DNA of 64,000 nucleotides from an uncultured Mageeibacillus sp. (lineage in GTDB: Bacteria; Bacillota; Clostridia; Saccharofermentanales; DTU023): NCBI GenBank assembly GCA_964346175.1, contig CAYFTG010000003.1:1-64000 (forward strand), written 5' to 3'. The notes below the pieces were generated by a model. That model had not been told where the DNA came from and made no database searches. It worked only from the letters and a program-made list of their open reading frames with translations. Of this stretch, positions 55,095-64,000 are shown piece after piece. A program made the position numbers and the translations under genes. Each line of letters begins with the position of its first letter. Position 1 is the stretch's first letter.

Positions 55095-55502
55095 GTGAGT
55101 AGACATACAGCCAGAGAAAGAGCTCTGCAATTTCTCTTTGAATGCGAGATGCATTGTGAGAATGTTTCCGAGCAAAGGGAGCAGTTTTTGCTTTTGCAAG
55201 AGAATATCACGGATGAAAATCTCAGCTTTTTTGATGAATTGGTAAATGGGGTACTAGCATCTAAAGAGGAGCTTGATGCCATGTACGCACCATATTTGCG
55301 CAAGTGGACACCGGAACGTTTGCCGATTGTTGATCGTTGTATCTTTCGACTGGCACTTTTTGAGATAATCCACAAAATTGTTCCGGCATCCGTTGCCATC
55401 TCCGAGGCGATACAACTGGCAAACACCTTTGCTGAGGAAGATGCCTACCAATATATAAACGGTGTTCTTGGCGCGGTTGTACGCGCACATGATCTCGAAT
55501 AA
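55095..55502 (+). CDS. nusB: Transcription antitermination factor NusB.
   Basis: ARERALQFLF and the C-terminal helical region. Its position matches the conserved gene order. Confidence 0.85.
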   Translation: MSRHTARERALQFLFECEMHCENVSEQREQFLLLQENITDENLSFFDELVNGVLASKEELDAMYAPYLRKWTPERLPIVDRCIFRLALFEIIHKIVPASVAISEAIQLANTFAEEDAYQYINGVLGAVVRAHDLE

Positions 55503-55513
55503 AGGAGTATTTC

Positions 55514-56872
55514 GTGACTAAGACATCTGCTGTGGCCGATGTGATGACAGTAGGCGAATTTAATCGTCGGATTAATAGATTGTTTGAACAGGACCCTGAA
55601 ATGCAAAGAGTCCGTGTTCAGGGCGAGATCTCAGATTTCAAGCGGTATCCATCCGGGCATTCATATTTCACTTTAAAAGATGACGAGGCTGCAGTCTCTT
55701 GCGTACTTTTCCGTGGTTCTGCCGGGCGTGTCGCTTTCAATCCTCAGTCGGGGATGAAGGTTGTTGCTGTTGGCAAGCCTAATGTTTATGACAAGACAGG
55801 TCGTTTTCAGCTCATCGTCTCCGGTATGAAAGAAGCCGGCTTAGGAGATTTGTATCTGGCTTTCCAGCAGCTGAAGAAAAAGTTGGCGGACGAAGGCCTC
55901 TTCGCTCAAGAACGCAAATTACCTATTCCGTTTATTCCAAAAAGGATAGTAGCCATTACGTCCGAAGCAGGTGCCGTGATCAGAGATATCATTCACGTCT
56001 TGGAAAGAAGATATCCGGGTTTCAGGCTTTTATTGATCCCGGTGCCGGTGCAGGGGAAAGGGGCTGAGCTGGAGATCGCTGCCGCTATTAAACGTACCAA
56101 CGCTGAAAGCTTAGGAGACCTTATTATCGTCGGCCGTGGTGGTGGGTCTTTAGAAGATTTGCAGCCGTTCAACGAGGAAGTGCTAGCCCAAGCCATTGCA
56201 GAATCGCGTATACCGGTTATTTCCGCCGTTGGGCATGAGACGGACTTCACCATTGCCGATTTTGTCTCGGACTTGAGAGCACCAACACCTTCTGCAGCTG
56301 CAGAGTTGGCAGTGCCGCATAAAGCACGTCTGATTGAACGCCAAGATCAGCTTTCTTCCGCTTTAGAATTATCCGTCCTGCGCAGAGTCGAACAGGAAAA
56401 ATTAAGGTTAACGCAATTAAGAGAGCGACCTGTCTTAATGAGGGCTGAAGAATTTGTCGCACCGCAATTCAAGCAATTAGAATTCCTAAAGCAGCAATTG
56501 TTTTCCGAGATGAAGCGTCTGCCGCGCGAAGCGAGAAACACACTGTTGCCACTGCAACATCGCCTGAGCAGGCCGGTGGAACAGCGCTTGGCGCAAGAAA
56601 ACAAGAAGATAGAACTGCTCACTACCAGACTGGAGAACCGCTTTAGAAGCAAAGCTGCAGTAAGCCGCTCACTGTTTGAACGACTCGTTGCAAGTTTGGA
56701 TGCTCTATCGCCGCTGGCCATTCTCGCACGAGGCTATAGCCTCACTTTCTCGGAGGATAATAATCTCATCAAATCTGTTGAAAATATCCACAAGGATGAT
56801 AAAATATCTGTTCGCCTAGAAGACGGCAGTCTGCTCTGCGATGTACGTGAGGTTTTGCAGTCGCACGATTAG
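55514..56872 (+). CDS. xseA: Exodeoxyribonuclease VII large subunit.
   Basis: An OB-fold N-terminus (VRVQGEISDFKRYPSGHSYFTLKD) and the catalytic core. Confidence 0.9.
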   Translation: MTKTSAVADVMTVGEFNRRINRLFEQDPEMQRVRVQGEISDFKRYPSGHSYFTLKDDEAAVSCVLFRGSAGRVAFNPQSGMKVVAVGKPNVYDKTGRFQLIVSGMKEAGLGDLYLAFQQLKKKLADEGLFAQERKLPIPFIPKRIVAITSEAGAVIRDIIHVLERRYPGFRLLLIPVPVQGKGAELEIAAAIKRTNAESLGDLIIVGRGGGSLEDLQPFNEEVLAQAIAESRIPVISAVGHETDFTIADFVSDLRAPTPSAAAELAVPHKARLIERQDQLSSALELSVLRRVEQEKLRLTQLRERPVLMRAEEFVAPQFKQLEFLKQQLFSEMKRLPREARNTLLPLQHRLSRPVEQRLAQENKKIELLTTRLENRFRSKAAVSRSLFERLVASLDALSPLAILARGYSLTFSEDNNLIKSVENIHKDDKISVRLEDGSLLCDVREVLQSHD

Positions 56873-56901
56873 TTGATAATTCTATACAGACACTGCATAG
56901 A

Positions 56902-57240
56902 ATGCACAAGGAGTATATAATGCAAGAAGAAATATTTGATTTTGATGATTGGATGAAGGATATGGCTACTACAAGTGTAAACAATGATGAAACTTGCTCA
57001 GATGCAATCATAGATCAGAAAACTTATGAAGAAAAGATTGCTCGTCTGGAAGAGATTGTGTCCCTTTTAGAAAAAGGAGAAGTATCATTGGAAAAATCTA
57101 TGGACTTGTTTCAGGAAGGTGTTATCTTGTCTAATTTATGCGCCAAACAGTTGGAGCATGTGGAAAGCACAATCGAAAAGCTGATGGAAACTGGAGAACG
57201 TATTGATTTTCCGGCAGCAAAAGAACCCGAAACACACTAA
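56902..57240 (+). CDS. xseB: Exodeoxyribonuclease VII small subunit.
   Basis: EEKIARLEEIVSLLEKGEVSLEKSMDLFQEG. Confidence 0.8.
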   Translation: MHKEYIMQEEIFDFDDWMKDMATTSVNNDETCSDAIIDQKTYEEKIARLEEIVSLLEKGEVSLEKSMDLFQEGVILSNLCAKQLEHVESTIEKLMETGERIDFPAAKEPETH

Positions 57241-57242
57241 AC

Positions 57243-58145
57243 TTGAGAAAAGCAATGAAAAATACTTTTAATCAGGATCATTTCGAAGCTGAAATGCGTC
57301 AGCATTTTGACAATATGCAACGTGACCTCAAGGATCCGGTAGTTGAAGCTGCAGCTTATTCGCTCTTTTCCGGTGGGAAACGTATGCGTCCGCGCATATT
57401 GCAGCTGTCGTACGAGCTCTTTGCTGCTGCCGGAGTAGAAAAATGCAGGCCGTTTCAGTTTGCTTTGGAAATGATTCATACGTATTCGCTGATTCACGAT
57501 GATCTTCCGGCGATGGATAATGACACTATGCGCCGTGGCAAACCCAGCTGCCATGTGGCTTATGGCGAAGCAACAGCTATTTTGGCAGGTGATCTCCTGC
57601 TCAATCTTGCCTATGAAACTATGATAGATGCCTGCCTGGAAATTGGCGGAAGGCGGCCTCTGGAGGCGATGAACGTTATTAGTCGCGCCGCAGGAGGTAG
57701 TGGAATGATCCTGGGGCAATCTCAAGACATTGCATTTGAAAAAAGAGAATCAGTCTCAGTTGCCGAAATTGAAGAAATGCAAGAGCTCAAAACTGCCGCT
57801 TTATTCAAGGCTGCAATATTAGCCGGTGCTATACTGGGAGGCTCTGATGCTGCACAACAAGAACTGCTGCTCGAATTTGGCAGTAAGGTCGGCTTGGCCT
57901 TTCAGATTCGAGACGATTTGCTTGACAGCATTTCCAACGAAAAGGAACTTGGGAAATCTATCGGAAAAGACGAACGTGACAACAAGAAAACATATTTAAC
58001 GGTTCAGGGCTTTGCTGCAGCCACGCAAAGACTGGCTGCACTTAATGAAGAAGCGAAAATTATTCTTTTTAAGCTTGAGGCTGACGGGCTAGATACGTCT
58101 GAGCTCAGACAATTGACTGAACAATTAGAAACAAGGAAGATGTAA
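57243..58145 (+). CDS. ispA: (2E,6E)-farnesyl diphosphate synthase.
   Basis: FARM LIHDDLPAMDNDTMRRG and SARM FQIRDDLLD motifs. Confidence 0.85.
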   Translation: MRKAMKNTFNQDHFEAEMRQHFDNMQRDLKDPVVEAAAYSLFSGGKRMRPRILQLSYELFAAAGVEKCRPFQFALEMIHTYSLIHDDLPAMDNDTMRRGKPSCHVAYGEATAILAGDLLLNLAYETMIDACLEIGGRRPLEAMNVISRAAGGSGMILGQSQDIAFEKRESVSVAEIEEMQELKTAALFKAAILAGAILGGSDAAQQELLLEFGSKVGLAFQIRDDLLDSISNEKELGKSIGKDERDNKKTYLTVQGFAAATQRLAALNEEAKIILFKLEADGLDTSELRQLTEQLETRKM

Positions 58146-60052
58146 TGCTTTCTAACTATCCATTACTTGATTCCCTCGATTTGCCGCAGGATATTAATAG
58201 TCTCTCTTATGACGAGAAAGATCGGCTGGCAGAGGAATTACGTACACTAATTATTAATGTTACCTCGAAGAATGGCGGTCATTTGGCCTCCAATCTGGGG
58301 GTTATTGAGCTGATTATAGCTCTGCTTTCAATTTTAGATGCGAAAAACGACAAGGTCATTTTCGATGTTGGGCATCAATCTTATGCTTGGAAAATCCTTA
58401 CCGATCGCTATAAGGATTTTGAAACACTCCGACAAATGGGCGGAATTTCGGGTTTCCCCAAACTTGATGAAAGCCCTTACGATGCCTTCGGTACCGGACA
58501 CAGCAGCACTTCAATTTCAGCAGCTGTCGGTTATGCGCGCGCGCTAAAAGCGCAAGGCAAAGATGACAAAGTCATCGCTTTGATCGGTGATGGCGCTCTT
58601 TCGGGCGGCATGGCCTACGAAGCTTTGAATGATGCCGCACAGTCTAATGAGCAAATTCTCGTTATCTTAAATGATAATCAGATGTCAATTGATGAGTGTG
58701 TCGGTGGGATGGCGCGACATTTAGAAAAACTGCGAGTCAAACCCTCTTATCTCAATTTCAAATTTCGCTGGGAACAACGCCTACAGAAACTTAAATTCAT
58801 CGGAAAACCGTTACTTAATGTTTTGGCAAAACTCAAGTACAAGACGCGCTCTTGGCACAGGGAAAAAGGCGTTCTCTTCGAGCAGATCGGTTTGCGTTAT
58901 TATGGTCCGATCAATGGGCACGATATAGAAGGATTGGAGCGTCATCTAAACGCTGCATTGACAGTTAGAGGTCCGGCCATCCTCCATGTAATAAGCAAAA
59001 AAGGCATGGGCTATTCCATGGCGGAAACTGAACCGACTCGTTATCACGGCGTTTCTCCTTTCCCTAAACAGTACGGTCTTGCAGATGATGATCCTGAACA
59101 ACAGAAAACATTCTCGGAAGTCTTTGGAGACACTATGTTGACTCTGGGTGAGCGGGACGAGAAGACAGTAGCTATTACCGCAGCGATGGCGCAAGGAACC
59201 GGCTTATGTGCTTTTAAAAACCGCTTCCCGGATCGTTTCTATGATGTCGGTATTGCAGAGCAACATGCTCTCACTTTAGCCGCCGGCCTTGCCGCAGGCG
59301 GAGCGAAACCGGTAGTCGCACTTTACAGCACCTTTTTACAAAGAGGAATGGATCAGCTTATTCATGATATTTGCCTCCAGAATTTACCGGTGATAATTGC
59401 CGTAGATCGTGCCGGGCTAGTCGGCTCCGACGGACCTACACATCAAGGTCTCTACGACTTGAGCATGTGCTTAAACTTACCCAATCTCAGCATCATGGCA
59501 CCGGCCACCGCTGTTGATTTGGAACGCTGCCTCGTTCATGCCCACGAATATGATGGGCCTGTGATGATCCGCTATCCTCGCGATCTGGCTTCTACTGTTG
59601 ACCTAATCTCTCTGGATGAAAATCTGTCCGAGCCTAAATCCCTCGAAGATTTGCTGCAGCCACGCCATGTACGTTCGGGTTCAGATTTAACGGTATTGGC
59701 CGTCGGACCCATGATCTTGCAAGTTCTCTTGGCGCTTGATAATTTTATTGGAGACGAATATTCAATTGATTTATATTCAGCTTTATTTATAAAACCATTT
59801 GATAGCGATCTTGTGTTAAAATCTACAAAGAAGACGGGCAAATTGCTCATTGTTGAGGACGGATGTCTTCACAACGGTTTTGGTCAATCCTTAATTGCAG
59901 ATTTGTGTGAACAGCAGACAGGAATAAATATGAAGGCGATCGGTGTTAAGGACGTTCTCCGTGAACAGGCTACACGCGCTGAGCTGTTTCAGGCAGAAGG
60001 TTTGGATCCGGAAGGACTGGCACGCAGCATCCTTGAGATGATCACTCAATGA
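58145..60052 (+). CDS. dxs: 1-deoxy-D-xylulose-5-phosphate synthase.
   Basis: TPP-binding motif (GDGALSGGMAYEALN), a transketolase-like fold, and 635 aa. Confidence 0.95.
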   Translation: MLSNYPLLDSLDLPQDINSLSYDEKDRLAEELRTLIINVTSKNGGHLASNLGVIELIIALLSILDAKNDKVIFDVGHQSYAWKILTDRYKDFETLRQMGGISGFPKLDESPYDAFGTGHSSTSISAAVGYARALKAQGKDDKVIALIGDGALSGGMAYEALNDAAQSNEQILVILNDNQMSIDECVGGMARHLEKLRVKPSYLNFKFRWEQRLQKLKFIGKPLLNVLAKLKYKTRSWHREKGVLFEQIGLRYYGPINGHDIEGLERHLNAALTVRGPAILHVISKKGMGYSMAETEPTRYHGVSPFPKQYGLADDDPEQQKTFSEVFGDTMLTLGERDEKTVAITAAMAQGTGLCAFKNRFPDRFYDVGIAEQHALTLAAGLAAGGAKPVVALYSTFLQRGMDQLIHDICLQNLPVIIAVDRAGLVGSDGPTHQGLYDLSMCLNLPNLSIMAPATAVDLERCLVHAHEYDGPVMIRYPRDLASTVDLISLDENLSEPKSLEDLLQPRHVRSGSDLTVLAVGPMILQVLLALDNFIGDEYSIDLYSALFIKPFDSDLVLKSTKKTGKLLIVEDGCLHNGFGQSLIADLCEQQTGINMKAIGVKDVLREQATRAELFQAEGLDPEGLARSILEMITQ

Positions 60053-60098
60053 TCTGTGGCAATGAAGATACGATAAGCTGAATTAAACCTAGAGGAGA

Positions 60099-60968
60099 TT
60101 GGGGAGGAAGGAATTGCGTATTGCGCTTTATCCAAATTCATCACGCGACATTAATTTTGCCACTACACGTCGGCTGATTTCTCTTTTTGACGCACATGGT
60201 GCTACCTCAGTATTAGAGGAAGATGTAGCGCCGGAAATAGCTGCTATGCCGGGCCTAGAGAGGGCCTCCTATGACACCTGCGATATTATTGTCTGCTTGG
60301 GTGGCGATGGTACCTTTATCTCCGCTGTTCATCGTGATAGCGCCTATAGCCTGCCTATAACGGGAGTTAACCTGGGGCAGGTCGGTTTTTTGCCGGAAAT
60401 AGAGGCGGAAAAGCTGGAAGAGGCAGTTAAGCGCCTAGTCAATAAAGAGTACAGCATCGAAAATCGCATAATGTTAGATGTCAGCTGTTACGACGCTGAA
60501 GGTAAACGTTTTGCTCACGATCATGCGATTAATGATGTCGTTCTTGCTCGCGGTGGTTGTCCGCGCATTGTAACCATTGATCTTGAAATTGAGAACGTTC
60601 CGGTAGAAAGCATACCGGGTGACGGCATAATTGTATCCACTCCGACGGGATCGACCGCCTATTCCATGTCAGCCGGTGGACCTATTGTTCACCCAACTAT
60701 GAATCTTTTATTAATTACGCCCATTTGTCCACATACTCTGCACAACCGTACCTATATTGCTGACGCTGAAACTACTGTGTCACTGAAGCTTCAGCAGTAT
60801 CCTAATTGTGCGACTTTGTCTGTGGATGGGCGTTCACATTACGACATCTATCATAATGACCGAGTCGAAATAGCTTGCTCCAAACACGCTTTTCGATTCA
60901 TCCGCATCTGGGAAGACAAGTTCTTCCAGACGTTGCCGGAAAAAATACAAAAAAGGGGGTTAGTCTAA
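60099..60968 (+). CDS. nadK: NAD kinase.
   Basis: GGDGT motif (CLGGDGTFISAV) and NxGxxGFL. TTG start; an alternative TTG 15 nt downstream has a better RBS. Confidence 0.85.
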   Translation: MGRKELRIALYPNSSRDINFATTRRLISLFDAHGATSVLEEDVAPEIAAMPGLERASYDTCDIIVCLGGDGTFISAVHRDSAYSLPITGVNLGQVGFLPEIEAEKLEEAVKRLVNKEYSIENRIMLDVSCYDAEGKRFAHDHAINDVVLARGGCPRIVTIDLEIENVPVESIPGDGIIVSTPTGSTAYSMSAGGPIVHPTMNLLLITPICPHTLHNRTYIADAETTVSLKLQQYPNCATLSVDGRSHYDIYHNDRVEIACSKHAFRFIRIWEDKFFQTLPEKIQKRGLV

Positions 60969-61454
60969 ATGAAACCATCCAAAACTCAACGCCAATCAAG
61001 GATTCTGAAAATCGTTCGTGAGCAAAACATCGAAACACAGTCTGAGCTGGTGGAGGCTTTAACGGAAAGCGGCATGACTTTTACTCAGGCTACAGTTTCG
61101 CGTGACATCAAAGAATTAGGTATCGTCAAGGTTGCTACAGGAGACGGCAAATCCAAATATGTCGCTATGAAACATAGTGGTGAGGTTGCAGCCGGACGTT
61201 TGATGAACGTTTTCAGTGAGTCTGTAATTTCGGTAAATACAGCGGGCGCTTTTGTTATTCTCAAGACTTTGCCGGGAACAGCCCAAGCGGCAGCTTCCGC
61301 TCTTGACTCTATGCATATTAATGAAATCCTCGGTACCCTAGCCGGCGATGACACAATATTCATAGCAACAGACAGCACGGAAATTGCAGACTTATTGCGT
61401 TTAAGACTGGTTGGACTATCAACCGGTGACCCCCGACCGGATCAAGCTTATTAG
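60969..61454 (+). CDS. argR: Arginine repressor.
   Basis: N-terminal winged-helix domain (SRILKIVREQNIETQSELVEAL...ATVSRDIKELG). The C-terminal oligomerisation domain carries a GTLAGDDT-type motif. Confidence 0.85.
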   Translation: MKPSKTQRQSRILKIVREQNIETQSELVEALTESGMTFTQATVSRDIKELGIVKVATGDGKSKYVAMKHSGEVAAGRLMNVFSESVISVNTAGAFVILKTLPGTAQAAASALDSMHINEILGTLAGDDTIFIATDSTEIADLLRLRLVGLSTGDPRPDQAY

Positions 61455-61463
61455 TCAGATTCA

Positions 61464-63104
61464 ATGCTGCTCTTACGTGTAGAAATTCATGATTTTGCCT
61501 TAGTTGAGGAGCTCGTGATTGAGCCGGCCGATGGCTTCACTGTGCTCACAGGTGAAACCGGTGCCGGTAAATCTATTTTGATCGATGCCTTTGATTTTCT
61601 GTCCGGCAATCGAAGCGACCGCAATATGGTGCGCACAGGTTGTGATGAGGCCAGGGTAGAGGCTTTGTTTCAGTCGGAAGCTAATGAAGAGCTTCTCATT
61701 TTCCGCAGTCTCAATTCATCCGGCCGAAGTTACGCCAAAATAAACGGTGAACTTGTGACGATCCGCACATTGCGCGATAAAATGAAGGACGTTTTGGCTA
61801 TTCACGGTCAAAATGATCAACAAGCCATTTTCGACGACTCTTTACACCGTGAACTTGTCGACGCTTATTCAGGATCTGAGGCAGATTCTCTTCTGTCGCG
61901 ATATCAGGAATTATTGCAGGACTTGTTATTGATTGAAGAAGATATCTCCCGTCTCGGGCAATCTCCTGAACAACGTGCCAGTCGTAAAGATTTCCTAGCT
62001 TATCAGATTGAAGAAATTGAAACAGCCGATCTGCAAGTTTCTGAAGAGGCTGAACTCCTCAAGAGCGCCAAAACAATGCAAGCTTTGCAATCTTTGGCTG
62101 AACAGCTGAATATCAGTTTGCAAGCTTTGTCTGCTGACAGTGAAGTCAGCGCACTCAACATGATTAGGCATGCGAAGAGAGCTTTGCTGGAAGCTGCTCG
62201 TTACAGTAGTAAGTGCAAACAGCTAGCTCAGGATTTAGATAATATCGAGACTGATCTCGACGAATTAGTCTATGAGCTCAACCGTACTAGCGATAAAGTT
62301 TCTTACAATCCCGAGCAGGTAACGGAGATTGATCAGCGCTTGTCTTTACTCCAAAGGTTGAAGGACAAGTATGGTAAATCAGTCGAAGAGATCTTGGAAT
62401 ACTTGGAAGAAGCACGTGAGGAATTCGCCTTTCTCAGAGATTCTGATCGCATTTACGAAGAAAAAATTGCTGAAAAAGAGCAGGTTTTAAAGACTATGCA
62501 AGAATGCAGCTCCGACTTAATGCAGGTACGGCAAGATGCTGCCCGCTCTCTGATCAAGAAAATAATTGCTGAACTTCGCTCGCTTAATATGAAGGATGTC
62601 TCCTTCGACGTTGAGATCCAAAAGATTTCCGGCCGCGGCAATCCACCTCGAGATCCGCATCGTGTCTCCTTTATGTTCTCTGCTAATCCCGGCGAGCCTG
62701 TGAAGCCTCTGGTCAATATCGCCTCCGGTGGAGAAGCATCACGTATTTTGCTTGCTATTAAAACCGTACTTGCAGACGTGGACAATGTCTCGGTGCTTAT
62801 CTTTGATGAAATTGATCGCGGCGTTGCGGGCGAGACCAGCCAACGTATCGCGGAAAAGCTCCAGAGTATAGGACGCTTCCGCCAAGTTCTTTGTGTCACA
62901 CATAGTGCTCCTATCGCTGCAGCAGCTAAGAAGCATCTACTTATCGTTAAGCTTGTTGATGAAAACCGCACGCGCACTAAGCTGGAAGAGCTGAACGACG
63001 ACGCCCGGGTTGAAGAAATAGCGCGACTTTTAAGCGGCAAAACAAACGAAAGTGAATCCAGAACTTTAGCGCAATCATTGCTAGAATCGAATGGAAATCT
63101 CTAG
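61464..63104 (+). CDS. recN: DNA repair protein RecN.
   Basis: Walker A GETGAGKS, an SMC-like coiled coil, and a C-terminal signature/Walker B region. Confidence 0.9.
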   Translation: MLLLRVEIHDFALVEELVIEPADGFTVLTGETGAGKSILIDAFDFLSGNRSDRNMVRTGCDEARVEALFQSEANEELLIFRSLNSSGRSYAKINGELVTIRTLRDKMKDVLAIHGQNDQQAIFDDSLHRELVDAYSGSEADSLLSRYQELLQDLLLIEEDISRLGQSPEQRASRKDFLAYQIEEIETADLQVSEEAELLKSAKTMQALQSLAEQLNISLQALSADSEVSALNMIRHAKRALLEAARYSSKCKQLAQDLDNIETDLDELVYELNRTSDKVSYNPEQVTEIDQRLSLLQRLKDKYGKSVEEILEYLEEAREEFAFLRDSDRIYEEKIAEKEQVLKTMQECSSDLMQVRQDAARSLIKKIIAELRSLNMKDVSFDVEIQKISGRGNPPRDPHRVSFMFSANPGEPVKPLVNIASGGEASRILLAIKTVLADVDNVSVLIFDEIDRGVAGETSQRIAEKLQSIGRFRQVLCVTHSAPIAAAAKKHLLIVKLVDENRTRTKLEELNDDARVEEIARLLSGKTNESESRTLAQSLLESNGNL

Positions 63105-63132
63105 CAGAGTCAACTACAATATTGCGAGACTA

Positions 63133-63167
63133 TAAGTCATATTTCGTGCCAGGCACGAAATATGACT
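63133..63167. other. 35-bp perfect palindrome (17-bp arms around a single centre base) in the recN-hutH intergenic region.
   Basis: AAGTCATATTTCGTGCC a GGCACGAAATATGACTT. No U-tract follows it. Confidence 0.4.
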
Positions 63168-63192
63168 TGTGAGTAGAAGGATAGGAATATTT

Positions 63193-64000
63193 ATGGCCAA
63201 AAACAGAATGGAAGTTTTGACAATCGACGGGCATAGCCTGAGTACAGAAGATGTGTATAAAGTTGCCAGCGGCAAACAGCAAGTGCGCTTCTCGGCCGAA
63301 GCCCGAGAGAAGATGAATGCATCTTTTGCACTGGTTCAGAAGATAGCCGCCAGCGGCAAAGCTACATATGGCATTTCTACCGGCTTCGGTGAAATGTCGA
63401 AAGTCTATATCTCTGAGGAGAACAACGCTGAATTGCAACGCAACTTGATTGTCAGCCACGCCTGTGCGGTTGGGGAAGCTTTTTCCGAAACTTTAACCCG
63501 GGCCATCATGCTTCTGCGTCTGAATACTCTCGCGTCAGGCTTTTCCGGAGTAAACCCTGGAGTCACAGACCTGCTGCTTGATTGCCTGAATGCGAATGTC
63601 TTGCCGCTTATCCCGCAACAGGGTTCACTAGGAGCTTCCGGAGATCTGGCAAATCTGGCCCACATGGCCTTACTCCTGATTGGCGAGGGAAGAGCAATCT
63701 GCAATGGTGAAGAGATGTCCGGCTCAGAAGCCTTACGCAAGAACAATCTCAGCCCCGTCACTTTAAGCGGGAAAGACGGATTAGCCCTGATTAACGGCAC
63801 TACAATCATGGCAGCTGTCGGCACGCTGGCCTTGCTGCAAGCTGAAAGAGCTATGCAAGCAGCCACAGCAGCCGCTGCCTTGACTTTTGAAGCCTTGCAC
63901 GGCTTTACAGCTGCCTATGATGCACGTATACATGCACTGAGGCAGCAGCAGGGACAGATTGACACTGCTAAATATATGCTGCGGCTTCTGGAAGGTAGTG
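63193..64000 (+). CDS. hutH: Histidine ammonia-lyase, N-terminal portion; the ORF continues beyond the window.
   Basis: The translation is MAKNRMEVLTIDGHSLS...GSLGASGDLANLAHMALLLIGEG, with the ASG (MIO-forming) motif. It is absent from the ORF track because no stop lies inside the window. Confidence 0.85.
   Translation, partial: MAKNRMEVLTIDGHSLSTEDVYKVASGKQQVRFSAEAREKMNASFALVQKIAASGKATYGISTGFGEMSKVYISEENNAELQRNLIVSHACAVGEAFSETLTRAIMLLRLNTLASGFSGVNPGVTDLLLDCLNANVLPLIPQQGSLGASGDLANLAHMALLLIGEGRAICNGEEMSGSEALRKNNLSPVTLSGKDGLALINGTTIMAAVGTLALLQAERAMQAATAAAALTFEALHGFTAAYDARIHALRQQQGQIDTAKYMLRLLEGS

Noticed and set aside
1-64000. CRISPR arrays, IS elements, integrases and prophage blocks.
   Set aside because: I found no direct-repeat/spacer periodicity, no transposase or tyrosine-recombinase-like ORFs, and no phage structural genes anywhere in the window.

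Overview
This window is a gene-dense stretch of chromosomal core from a low/moderate-GC Gram-positive (Firmicutes-like) genome. Gene order follows the Bacillus/Clostridium pattern, e.g. yqeJ-yqeK-yqeL-comEA, parE-parC, smpB-ssrA, and efp-yqhY-nusB-xseAB-ispA-dxs-...-argR-recN. I call about 60 protein genes, most of them housekeeping. The RNA genes are a tmRNA, a lone tRNA-Pro, and two minus-strand tRNA operons (His-Gln-Lys and Gly-Arg). Each tRNA transcription unit has a near-consensus sigma-A promoter and an intrinsic terminator. I found no CRISPR array, transposase, integrase or prophage module. The segments that look accessory or unusual are listed here. (1) A deletion scar of an ABC transporter at the left edge. 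(2) A PspA-less SPFH / zinc-ribbon / TPM membrane triad. (3) A prepilin-peptidase-like (A24) protein co-oriented with a polytopic membrane protein. (4) A dUTPase with a roughly 50-aa insertion between motifs III and IV. (5) A minus-strand pair lying about 220 bp from the ssrA 3' end: a membrane-anchored PP2C-like protein, probably catalytically degenerate, and a NYN-LOTUS nuclease. (6) A PepF-like protein lacking HExxH, translationally coupled to argS. (7) A NadD-YqeK fusion. (8) An MGMT-domain fusion. (9) A 35-bp perfect palindrome immediately upstream of hutH. Manually derived coordinates (RNAs, promoters, terminators) may be off by 1-2 nt. ORF-track coordinates are used for CDS ends; several starts were adjusted to the first RBS-supported start codon.
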